From Dendrobates tinctorius (lineage: Eukaryota), in assembly GCF_039654945.1 (NCBI RefSeq), contig NW_027361819.1:1302001-1366000 (forward strand): a stretch of 64,000 bases of DNA, in the 5' to 3' direction. A program made the translations under genes and the position numbers. Shown in pieces: positions 37,501-48,080 of this stretch (positions are counted from its first letter, which is position 1; each line of letters starts with the position of its first letter). The notes under the pieces are model-generated. The model saw nothing but the letters and a program-made list of their open reading frames with translations. It was not told where the DNA came from and did not search any database.

Positions 37501-40143
37501 CAGAGGCGTATCCAGGGGGGGCAGCCGGGGCAGTTGCCCCGGGCGCAGGCAGCAGGGGGCGCAGTCAGGCCGCCTAATGCAGCGGTCCGCAGTGTCTCCC
37601 CCCGTCGTCTGCGTTCTGCCGCTCCCCATCCTGTGACTGTGAGTCGGCTGTTCTCTGTGCAGCGGCGCAAAGAAGGAGGCCCCGCTGAGCGGTCCGCGGT
37701 GTCTCCCCCCGTCGGCTGCGTTCTGCCGCTCCCCATCCTGTGACTGTGAGTCGGCTGTTCTCTGTGCAGCGGCGCAAAGAAGGAGGCCCCGCTGAGCGGT
37801 CCGCGGTGTCTCCCCCCGTCGGCTGCGTTCTGCCGCTCCCCATCCTGTGACTGTGAGTCGGCTGTTCTCTGTGCAGCGGCGCAAAGAAGGAGGCCCCGCT
37901 GAGCGGTCCGCAGTGTCTCCCCCCGTCGGCTGCGTTCTGCCGCTCCCCATCCTGTGACTGTGAGTCGGCTGTTCTCTGTGCAGCGGCGCAAAGAAGGAGG
38001 CCCCGCTGAGCGGTCCGCGGTGTCTCCCCCCGTCGGCTGCGTTCTGCCGCTCCCCATCCTGTGACTGTGAGTCGGCTGTTCTCTGTGCAGCGGCGCAAAG
38101 AAGGAGGCCCCGCTGAGCGGTCCGCAGTGTCTCCCCCCGTCGGCTGCGTTCTGCCGCTCCCCATCCTGTGACTGTGAGTCGGCTGTTCTCTGTGCAGCGG
38201 CGCAGAGAAGGAGGCCCCGCTGACTCCCAGGCAGCAATTGTACTTGGCGTCTATACAGACGCCAGTACAATTGAAGCTCTGACCGCCGGGTCAGAGCGAC
38301 GTCAGCAGCGTGACATGTCATGTGATCACGCTGCTGACGTCACTCCCCAGCGCCCAGAGCAAATGCTGGTGGTAAGTGTGCTCCTCTGTGGAGCTGAAGA
38401 ACCACTGAAGATGGGAGATGGGGGGTATTAATGAGTGGGGGGGTGTTTAATGTGGGGATGGGGGTTAATGAGAGGAGATGGGGGTTAATGAGTGGGGGTT
38501 TAATGAGTGGGGATGGGAGTTAATGTGTGGGGGGGTTAATGTGTGGGGATGGGGGTTAATGTGTGGGGATGGGGGTTAATGAGTGTGGGGGTTAATGTGG
38601 GGATGGTGGTTAATAAGTGGGGGGTTAATGAGTGTGGGGGGTTAATGAGTGGAGATGGGGGTTAATGTGAAGGGGGTTAATGTATGGGGGTTAATGAGTG
38701 AAGATGGGGGTTTATGTGTGGGGGGTTAATGAGTGGGGATGGGGGTTTATGTGTGGGGGGTTAATGAGTGGGGATGGGGCTTAATGAGTGGAGGGGTTAA
38801 AGAGTGGGGATGGGGGTTAATGAGTGGGGATGGAGGTTAATGTGTGGCGGGATTTGGAGTGGGGGTACATAATGTGTGTGGGGATTTGGGAGTAGGGACG
38901 AGGGGTTATTGAGTGGGGATGGGGGATACTTAATGTGTGGGGGGATTTGGAGTGGGGATGGGGGGTACTTAATGTGTGTGGGGGATTGGAGATGGGGGGA
39001 TTTGCAGTGGGGATGGTATTTAATGTGTGTGGGGAGATTTGAGGATAAAAAATGAAGAGTATGTATGCATGAGGGCATGTATGAGGAAACAGTATGGGGG
39101 ATGGGTTCAGACAGTAAGGGGTGCGAATGGGTGAATGTATGTGGACACAGTATGGGGAGTGAGGGTGATGGCATGTGTGCAGACACAGGATGGGGAGTCA
39201 GGGGTATGTGTGAGCAGACAGTATAGAGAGTGAGGGGGTAAATATATGAGGAGGCAGTATGGTGAACAGAGGGATGATAGAGGAGACAGTATGAAGAGGG
39301 AGGGGAATAGTGTGAGGCGACAGTATATTGCAGATATTTGTGTTTAGGGGCATTATAATGACACTTCTATATTTAAGGGCATCGTGTGGAGATTTGCTGC
39401 AGAAGACCGGAGAAGATGGAAGTCTACAGAGACGGCTGTGGATGAGAAAACTCATCATGGGGTCTGGACAAGAAGAAGAAAAGGAGAACGACTGCAGAGA
39501 CGACGTCATCTATAAGGTACCTGGATGTAAATGTTATTTGTGATACTGACTAATTCTCATGTTTTTATTTGTTAGGAACATTAAAGGGGTTGTCCAGGTT
39601 TGTGCTGAGTCTGCAGTCATTCTATGTGACTGCAGACTTCTGCATTCTCACAGTGCTTACTGCACACTGTTATAATTCGCTCGTGCCGGTAATTTATATC
39701 CATACGGTCACATGCTGACTAGACATGTGTGGCCTCACTCAATGAAAATGAACTGAGCGAGGCCGGGCACGTCTAGTCAGAATGTGGCCAGAAGTATATA
39801 AATCACATACTTGTGCTGACATGACTGTACATCGGCAAGGGAGAATCCTAAAAGTGTGCAGTGCATTCGTTGTGAGAATTCAGAAGCTGCAATGTCAGGA
39901 TTCAGCTCTGCAGGTTCCAGTAGTCATCACACGGACACTTCACTCATGCGATTTTCATAGTTATGGTCCTGTGACAACGACCTTCTCTTCCTGCTTTCAG
40001 TTTTTTACTGAACATTGAGAGCATTAGGGATAGCAGCTCGTGGGTACATGGCTAAGTGTGCAAGTCGCATATGTACTTGGGGGGGGGGGGGGCGCCGAAT
40101 CAAATTCTCGCCCCGGGTGCCGGAAAGCCTAGATACGCCTCTG
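37501..40143. mobile_element. Non-autonomous hAT element
   Basis: TIR CAGAGGCGTATC(C/T)AGG with a perfect 8-bp TSD GCGCTGGG (37493-37500, 40144-40151). Confidence 0.9.
37581..38223. repeat. 107-bp tandem repeat, 6 copies
   Basis: Near-identical GC-rich units starting AGCGGTCCGC(A/G)GTGTCTCC. Confidence 0.95.
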
Positions 40144-41000
40144 GCGCTGGGGGTGGTGGCCCACCCACTTCCATGCAGTCACAACCGGCAGGAAAGACGG
40201 TGTTTTGCGGCCTATGCTGGAGATGGTGTGCGGCGCCACCAGAGGGTGGCCGCACCCAATCTCCAGCACAGGCCTCAAGCCACGGACTTTCCTGCCAGCT
40301 GTGACTGCACGGAGGTGGGTGGGCAGGCAGCGATGGGATCCGGCGCGTGTAGTCAGGTGGTGGGTCCTGGCGGGGGTCCGGCGGCGGCATCCCTCTCATT
40401 ACTCCCCCCTCATTACACCCTCTCATTACACCCCCTCATTACACCCTGTCATTATACCTCCTTCATTACACCCCTCTCGTTATACCCCCTCGTTACACCC
40501 CTTTCACAGCCTCGTGATCCCAGCAGCTATCGTGATCGCAGCGGCGTTCGGGATCACAGCAGTGGCCTTGATCCGAGTGGCAGCTGGGATCCCATCGGCG
40601 GTCGGGATCGCAGTGGCATTCGGGATCGCAACTGCGTTCGGGATTGCAACTGCATCCTGGATCCGAGCGGCATCACTTGGGTGTACCAAAATGGCGGTTG
40701 GCATACTTCCGATGCGGCGCGGTGGATTGTGGGATTCGGGGACATCCAGACGGAGGTGGATGACAGACAATTTAAGGCAATTATATATATGGAAGTTTTC
40801 TGCTTTCTTCCCTGTGCTCAAATTGGTGGTGGATTCTCTTGATGACCAGGTGGAGTCACTATAACTCTTAATCCTACACCAGATCCTCATGGATGATTGT
40901 TAGGTGCTTTCATCCAAATTGTGAATCAGCAGTGAGCACAACTATGGAGCTGTAGGGGTTAATTATTCTCACAGTCCTCCACCCTTCCTGTGGAAAGAAA

Positions 41001-41017
41001 CTTTCACTTTCAGTTCC
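41001..41017 (-). promoter_or_regulatory. Candidate ISRE/IRF-binding element upstream of TRIM copy 4
   Basis: CTTTCACTTTCAGTTCC, which is GGAACTGAAAGTGAAAG on the minus strand (GAAANNGAAA consensus), 18-34 nt before the ATG. It could instead be a splice acceptor. Confidence 0.45.
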
Positions 41018-41034
41018 TGCTCTCTCCCACTACA

Positions 41035-42603
41035 ATGGCGTCTGCGGAGCTGAGGGACGAGCTGAACTGCTCCATCTGCCTGAGCCTCTATACAGATCCC
41101 GTATCCCTGAGATGTGGACACAACTTCTGCCGCTCGTGTATTGTGAGTGTGCTGGATGCCCAGGAGGCGGCTGGAGGGTATTCCTGTCCTGACTGCAGAG
41201 CAGAATATCCGGAGCGTCCGGCCCTGGAGAAGAACCGGAAGCTGAGGAACATAGTGGAGCATTTCTCATCTACTCAGCCTGATATGGAGGAGACCAGGAT
41301 CTTCTGTACTTACTGTACAAAGTCTCCTGTCCCGGCAGTGAAGTCCTGTGCTCATTGTGAGGCGTCTTTTTGTGAAGAGCACCTAAGCAGACACAGTAAG
41401 TCACCAGAACATATGTTAGTTGACCCCACTGATTCCCTGGAGGAAAGAAAATGCTCCACACACAAGGAGGTGCTGAAATACTACTGTCCTATAGACGCCG
41501 CCTGTATCTGTGTGTCCTGCTGTTTGGCCGGAGACCACAAGGGACATGACGTGGAGCTACTGGATGAGGCCTCTGAGAAGAAGAAGGAGAAATTTAGGGA
41601 ATATCTGCATGAACTAAATCCACGAAAAGCAGAAATTCAGACAAGAGTCCAGAATCTGCAGGATCATAAAGGAAAGATCCAGGAGAAAGCCTCCGATAAG
41701 AGGAAGAACATCAGTAAGATATTTATGGACATTAAGAAGCAACTGGAAATGGCAGAAAAGAAAGCGCTGAGCGAGGTCTCCAGGCAGGAGGAGAAGATTG
41801 TGTCCCAGATATCTGATCTGATCAAGAAGCTGGAAATACAGGAGGACGAGCTGTCCAGGAAGATGCGTCACGTGGAGGAGATGTGTCGTGTCACCGACCC
41901 AATAACACTCTTACAAGAAAGTGACATTACAGTATGTAGTCATGGAGGTGATGAGGACAGAGGGGGAGATGATGGAGAGGTCAGTTCTGAGGAGGATCTG
42001 GATGAGGTTCTGATCTCACTGACCTTACTCCGATCTATGAGGGATATTGTCACCACTGTAACATCAGAGCTCAGGGTCCATGTCCCAGACATATTGCTGG
42101 ATGTGGACACTGCTCATAGAAGGGTGAAGGTATCAGAAGATCTGAAAACAGCAACAATATCAGAAGAAAAACAGGAAATGCCAGAATCACCAGGGAGATT
42201 TGTGGATTACTCCCAGGTGTTAAGCAGATGTGGCCTCTCCTCGGGACGACATTACTGGGAGGTAGAGTGGGACCAGATAGGAGACTGTGCCATCGGATTC
42301 TCCTATCCCAGTATAGAAAGGGAAGGACGGCAGTCTTGTATTGGACTTAATGATAAATCTTGGAGTTTGGATATGTATGATGGAGAATATAAAGTATATC
42401 ACAACACAGATGTATTAACCCTCAGTGTAAAACCAACATGTCTGACACTTGGGGTCTTCTTAGACTATGAGGCCGGGCGTCTGTCCTTCTATGAGCTGTG
42501 TGACCCCATCAGACACTTACACACCTTCACCGCCTCCTTCACTGAACCCCTACATGTCGTCTTCTGTGTGGATTATGGGGCCTCTGTTACAATAAGAAGC
42601 TGA
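41035..42603 (+). CDS. TRIM E3 ligase copy 4 (intact, 522 aa from ATG 41035)
   Basis: ACAATGGCG start context shared with the paralogues; full RING-Bbox-CC-PRY/SPRY. Confidence 0.95.
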   Translation: MASAELRDELNCSICLSLYTDPVSLRCGHNFCRSCIVSVLDAQEAAGGYSCPDCRAEYPERPALEKNRKLRNIVEHFSSTQPDMEETRIFCTYCTKSPVPAVKSCAHCEASFCEEHLSRHSKSPEHMLVDPTDSLEERKCSTHKEVLKYYCPIDAACICVSCCLAGDHKGHDVELLDEASEKKKEKFREYLHELNPRKAEIQTRVQNLQDHKGKIQEKASDKRKNISKIFMDIKKQLEMAEKKALSEVSRQEEKIVSQISDLIKKLEIQEDELSRKMRHVEEMCRVTDPITLLQESDITVCSHGGDEDRGGDDGEVSSEEDLDEVLISLTLLRSMRDIVTTVTSELRVHVPDILLDVDTAHRRVKVSEDLKTATISEEKQEMPESPGRFVDYSQVLSRCGLSSGRHYWEVEWDQIGDCAIGFSYPSIEREGRQSCIGLNDKSWSLDMYDGEYKVYHNTDVLTLSVKPTCLTLGVFLDYEAGRLSFYELCDPIRHLHTFTASFTEPLHVVFCVDYGASVTIRS

Positions 42604-43502
42604 GGCCGATGTCGTCCTCGTCACATTATAATGACATTATTCCTTGTCACATGGACACATCAGTATATAGTGAGTTATCAGCGGGACCCTCTAATAATAC
42701 AATGTATATGGCGGAGTCATGGGGGGATTGTTCCTATTGGATTGGTTTGTCTACCTTGGAGATCAGATGCAGAATCAATAATTGAGGCGAACTGAAATAA
42801 TGGGTAAATTGTGCTAAAACTGATAATTGCTTGCTGATCATTAACCCCTTCCTGAAATCCTGTGTACATGCACGAAACAATTATTTTGCAGAGCTGGGTG
42901 CTAGCTGTATATCATAGCTGATACCTCCTGTAAAAGTCATGGTCGGTGATAAGCCTATTGTGGCCATTTGACCCCCTCTGGTGATTCTGTCAATGGCGAC
43001 AGTAGTATCTGTTTATTTTAGTGAGGGGACACCCTCTTCGTCCCTATCAGCACCCCATGATTTGGATTATGCGGTGCCAATGGCAGACATGATGACCCCA
43101 GGCTGAGTAATGGGGTCACCCAGCTATAGTGGCCTGTAAGATATTGCCATGAGCAGGACCTGACACACCACCTGTCAGTGTAAGACTGAGAGGCCTAATA
43201 CGCTGTCAGGCTCACCCACCAAACAGCCGACATGTGTTTCACCATTGCTTCGTCAGGGGTCTGGTTGGTGAAACGTGCGTCATGTGTCTGCTGACTGAGC
43301 CTGAACATGTCCTCATTATCATGTGCACTATTTGCTCTTTATTGTATGGGACCCTAGTACTGTTGGCACCTTTATTCTTATTTCTACACCTCATTTTTAG
43401 ATTTGGATTCATTAAGTGTTTACATTTGATTGCATATTAGTTTATATACCTTATTCATAATTTTGGAACATTTCCATCGTTGGGGTAATTCTTTTTTTAT
43501 TG

Positions 43503-44411
43503 AAGCAAAAGGGATTAGACAGTAGCGCTGTCACCTATTCCTTTCAAAGCAGCAGACTCAAAAAGCCCCTTCCCGGTGGTGCACAGTGGACCGGGTACAG
43601 TACATGAAAAAGATTAGAGATGCACTAAAAAAGGATACTGAAATGTAAAAAAGGAGGACGGGAACAGGTTTCCTTACCTGGAAATGGTGATGCTTTGTTC
43701 TGAATGTTAATGTCGGAATCCTGTGTCAGTAGGGAGTTTTGTTGCCGCACTGTGCTTGTGAGAAGATCCCGGGATTCTGTTCTCACTTCAGCGTTTGTGG
43801 AGAATCTGTTCGTACTCGCGAGGGATCCTGCGTTGGATCCACGCGTGATGAGCGGTGTCGGTATGCTGCCGGCCGGCCACTGCTGTACTGATTCCCGCTC
43901 AAAAAAGCTGCCATTCTCCCTCGAAAAAGGAGTGAGCTTGCTTGTCCAACACGTTTCTGTGGTTGCGACTGCCTTCATCAGGGATTACTCCTGCCATGTC
44001 TGGCAGTCCTTATATAGGCAAGTACCTTATTTCCTCATTTCAGGTTCCAATTCTTTTTTAGGTGTTCTTCATTTTTAAAATGCAAATAATTCTATTTCGC
44101 TATTGAGAATTACTGGTTTCAAAGTGTTCAGTGTGAAGATCCATCTGCTTTCAGCCCTCGACATTAGTTTTATAAAGTCTCCTCCTCTCCAAAGTTTTTC
44201 CACACCCGAAAAAGAGCTTCCCATTATGTTACCGCTAGGTGCCAACTTATAATGTAATGACGGGGTGTCCTGTGAACTGTCTCCTAATATTATAGACATG
44301 TAGATGGAATAAGGTCCTCTGTTATTTTGTCTCCCTTTAGTAGTGACCAATGTTTCCCTACAATTCGTTTTAGTAATTTGTATTCCTGGTTATATTGCGT
44401 TATAGCTGGCA
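43503..44411 (-). mobile_element. Penelope-like retroelement fragment (GIY-YIG endonuclease C-terminus and 3' region)
   Basis: ORF 44075-44350 ends ...SRAESRWIFTLNTLKPVILNSEIELFAF, resembling the PLE RE-x-x-WI-x-x-L-x-T-x-x-P-x-GLN motif. Absent from the paralogous flank at ~27780-27840. Confidence 0.7.
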
Positions 44412-45256
44412 TTATTCAATAAAGATCATCAATCATGTTTTATTCATATCTTCTTTAGTCTTCGCATATTTCTTTTTTGGGGGTTTATTAAACCAATCAA
44501 GTTAAATCCATGCTCAGAAAGCCGAATGTCCCATTCTGACTCACGCAGCGTGCAAAGGGGAGAACCCATCTAAAAGGCTTCTCCAGGTCTAATCAGTGAT
44601 CACTTACCACTACATAGTTCATCAATATGAGATCAATGTGGGTCTGACACCCACCAATCAGCTAAAAACTGCACCTCTAAAACAAGGTCCGGGCAGAACA
44701 CAACAGCACCGTCCATTGACTAGTGCGCACAGGTGAATATTGCGCTTTGTCCATTGAAGTGAATGTACTGCGGGACTCGGCATCGGCCACTAAACATTTT
44801 ATTGGACGGCTGTCTTTAGCTCGTACATCACTTAGTTCAGGCCACTGCAGAAGCAGTTTTCAGTTGATTATTGGATGGTCAGTCCCTCATCAATCATTTA
44901 TTGAGATGAGCCATCGAGCTTTAGGTACTGGACAACTCACTTAACAATCTAAGAGGTGTGGGTCTCCAGAAGCACAAGCTGGGCACAATGTATATAGCAC
45001 AAAAATGGCATATTTCAAATTTTCTCTCTGCAACATCCCTTCTTCCCCGAGCCTGTTTTCACCTTCCTCTCCGTGCAATTTTTTTCAATTCTGACCAGTA
45101 TCGACAGATCCCACTGATTCTGAGATTGTTTTCTCGTGACAAATTGCTCTTCATGATAGCGGTAAAATGTGTTTGATATGATTTGCATTTATGATATTTT
45201 CTGAAAATATCAAAAATTTAGCAAATTTGAAAATTTTGCAATTTTCAAACTTTCCT

Positions 45257-45739
45257 TGCACCTAGGATTTCACTGTGATTGGGCGCCTTTGCCGGCTGCC
45301 GCAGTGTTTTCTTTGACTGGTCTCCCTGAGGTCAGTGATTGTTTTGTGATGTTGGTCTACTAGGCATTGCTCCCACCTAGCCAGAATCCTACTCCACACT
45401 GATGAGGGGCAACAACCCGAAACAGCTGTCTGTGGATGGATACCTGGCCTTGGTATTTCCCTTGTCATATCTGTAAACTCGTAAAGAGCTGGATATTGAC
45501 TTAAAGGGCCACTTAATATGGTGGTTTCCGAAAGGAGCCACCCATTGGCTGGGTCCTTCCCTGGAGGAAGATCTGGCTAGTCCCGTGTTTGAGACTCTTA
45601 ATTGAGGCTCCACAGACTTTATTTGCATATTCGTATTTCCCAGGGAGCAATGCACCTAGGATTTCACTGTGACTGAGCGGCTTTGCCGGCTGCCGCAGTG
45701 TTTTCTTTGACTGATCTCCCTGAGGTCAGTGATTGTTTT
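45257..45739 (+). mobile_element. Non-LTR retrozyme / satellite-2-like element (1.2 copies of a 394-bp monomer)
   Basis: 89-bp direct repeat 45257-45345 / 45651-45739, internal hammerhead, ATTTGCAT octamer at 45621, no meaningful ORF. Confidence 0.8.
45381..45448 (+). ncRNA. Type I hammerhead ribozyme
   Basis: Stem I TCCACA/TGTGGA, core CTGATGA (45399-45405), stem II GGG-GCAACAA-CCC, GAAA, palindromic stem III ACAGCTGT, and a GTC triplet with predicted cleavage after 45430. Confidence 0.9.
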
Positions 45740-45974
45740 ATAACAGAGAGTTGTCAGTAACTGTCAACGGGCGAGGAAAAGCTGCCAGGGAGGGGACCTG
45801 TTTGTAGGACCAGTGCACAGCGCCGCTGGGTCCCCGGCAGCTATTAAACGTATGTATTTCTGTGAAACACTGCAGCTTTACAGAGGTAAACATGTCCAGC
45901 TGGGACAATACAGCCGTGCTGATGCAGGCTGCACAAACCATGAGCGGCTTATATCACCTGTCAGGAGACCTTTA

Positions 45975-46353
45975 GGCTGTGTGCACACGCTGCGGATTAG
46001 GTGCGGATTCATCCGTGCGGATTTTGTAAAATCCGCAGGTGAAACCGCAGGTCAAAAGACCTGCGGTTTTACCTGCGGATTGCTCTGCGGTTTTGCCCTG
46101 CGGTTTTTCATCTCCTCAATGGAGGAGATGGCAAACCGCAGCGGAATCCGCAGAAAGAATTGACATGTCAATTCTTTCTGCGGATTGAAAACCGCAGATA
46201 ATCCGCGCGGAAAATTCCGCACCGTCTGCATTGCGGTTTTTGATTCCCATAGGGAATCATGGTACTGTACACCGCAGCAGGAACTGCTGCGGGTCCGCAG
46301 CGGCCAAAACCGCTGCGGAACCGCAGCAAAATCCGCAGCGTGTGCACACAGCC
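45975..46353. mobile_element. Palindromic PIF/Harbinger-type MITE
   Basis: TIR GGCTGTGTGCACACGCTGCGGA with TSD TTA. Confidence 0.88.
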
Positions 46354-46357
46354 TTAA

Positions 46358-46872
46358 AGGGAATATGTCACCGGAAATTTGAGGGCTATGTAAATGCCCT
46401 GTGTCCGGTCCGATGGGCGGTGTTTCTTCTTTCTTTTCTCCACTCCATCCGTGGCCGCCATCTGCAATATTTTCCGGAATTATAGTTCTCCATATTTTGC
46501 GCATGCGCAAAGCAATCTTGCCTCGCGCACGCGCAGTATGCTTTGCCAAACTGCGGGCAAAGCCAAAAATCATTACTGCGCATGTGCCAATGCACTATGT
46601 TCCGGAACACAGCAAAATACTTCCGGCACATAGTGTACCGGCGCATGCGCAGTAATGATTTTCGGCTTTGCCCGCAGTTGGCCAAAGCATACTGCGCGTG
46701 CGTGAAGCAAGATTGCTTTGTGCATGCGCGAAATATGGAGCAGAACTACTCTAATTCCGGAAAATATAGAGGATGGCGGCAACGGATAGGGTGGAGAAAA
46801 GAAGAAACACCGTCCATCAGATCGGACAAAGGGCATTTACATAGCCCGCAAATTTCCGGTGACTGATTCCCT
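46358..46872. mobile_element. T2/Kolobok-type fully palindromic MITE
   Basis: TTAA-AGGGAA...TTCCCT-TTAA; the two halves are reverse complements over ~250 bp. Confidence 0.88.
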
Positions 46873-47119
46873 TTAAAGGGGTTATCCAGGCTTGGGATAA
46901 AAGTCTGCAGTCAATCGATGTGACTGCAGACTAGGTGCAGTGCGCATGCTGCCATGAGTCCCATCCGGTGCGATCAGGCGGTCAGACGTTTCCTATTTGC
47001 ATGTGCCGACTAGTTACATTTGGCGTCTTTCAATAAAAAAAATTGAGAGAAGCCAAAAGAGTTTTCAACACAGCTTCAGGCTGTATACCTGCGCAGACTC
47101 GCATCACCGATACTGGTGC

Positions 47120-48080
47120 CATTATTACTGTATATGGGGGCTACTCACGGGCCATTATTACAGTACATGGGGGACTCGGGGGACATTACTGTACATGGGG
47201 GACTCAGGGGGACATTATTACTGTACATGGGGGACTCGGGGGACATTATTACTGTTCATGGGGGACTCGGGGGACATTATTACTGTACATGGGGGACTCG
47301 GGGGACATTATTACTGTACATGGACTCGGGGGACATTATTATTGTACATGGGGGACTCGGGGGACATTATTACTGTATATGGGGGACTCGGGGGACATTA
47401 TTACTGTACATGGGGGAATCGGGGGACATTATTACTGTATATGGGGGACTCGGGGGACATTATTACTGTACATGGGGGACTCGGGGACATTATTACTGTA
47501 TATGGGGGACTCGGGGGACATTACTGTACATGGGGACTTGGGGGACATTATTACTGTACATGGGGGACTCGGGGGACATTATTATTGTACATGTTTGACT
47601 CGAGGGACATTACTGTACATGGGGAGACTCGGGGGACATTAGTACAGTACATGGGGGGACTTGGGGGACATTATTACTGTACATGAGGGGACTCATGGGC
47701 CATTATTACTATACATGGGGAGACTCATGGGAAATTATTACTGTACATGGGGGACTTATGGGCCATTATTACTGTACATGGGGGGACTCAGGGGTCATTA
47801 TTACTGTACATGGGGGACTCATGGGCCATTATTACTGTACATGGGGGACTCATTTGCCATTATTACTGTACATAGGGGGGCTCATGGGCCATTATTACTG
47901 TACATGGGGAGACTCATGGGAAATTATTACTGTACATGGGGGACTTATGAGCCATTATTACTGTACGGGGGGACTCAGGGGCCATTATTACTGTACATAG
48001 GGGGACTCATGGGCCATTATTACTTTTCATGGGGGGGCTCATGGGCCATTATTACTGTACATGGAGACTTGGGGGACACT
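47120..48080. repeat. ~30-bp minisatellite
   Basis: Unit GGGGGACATTATTACTGTACATGGGGGACTC. Confidence 0.95.

Larger units (their letters stand above)
37427..40791. mobile_element. ACTAG-headed (Helentron-like) element hosting a hAT insertion, upstream of TRIM copy 4
   Basis: Interrupts sequence homologous to the copy 3 upstream region: 37260-37420 matches 25065-25290, and homology resumes at ~40792, matching ~25308. Confidence 0.6.

Noticed and set aside
37581-38223. Regular repeats as a possible CRISPR array
   Set aside because: There are no unique spacers, the context is eukaryotic, and the repeats lie inside a hAT element.
40990-41034. 15-aa N-terminal extension of TRIM copy 4 in the ORF track
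   Set aside because: It starts at GTG; the ATG at 41035 matches the paralogues and has a good Kozak context.
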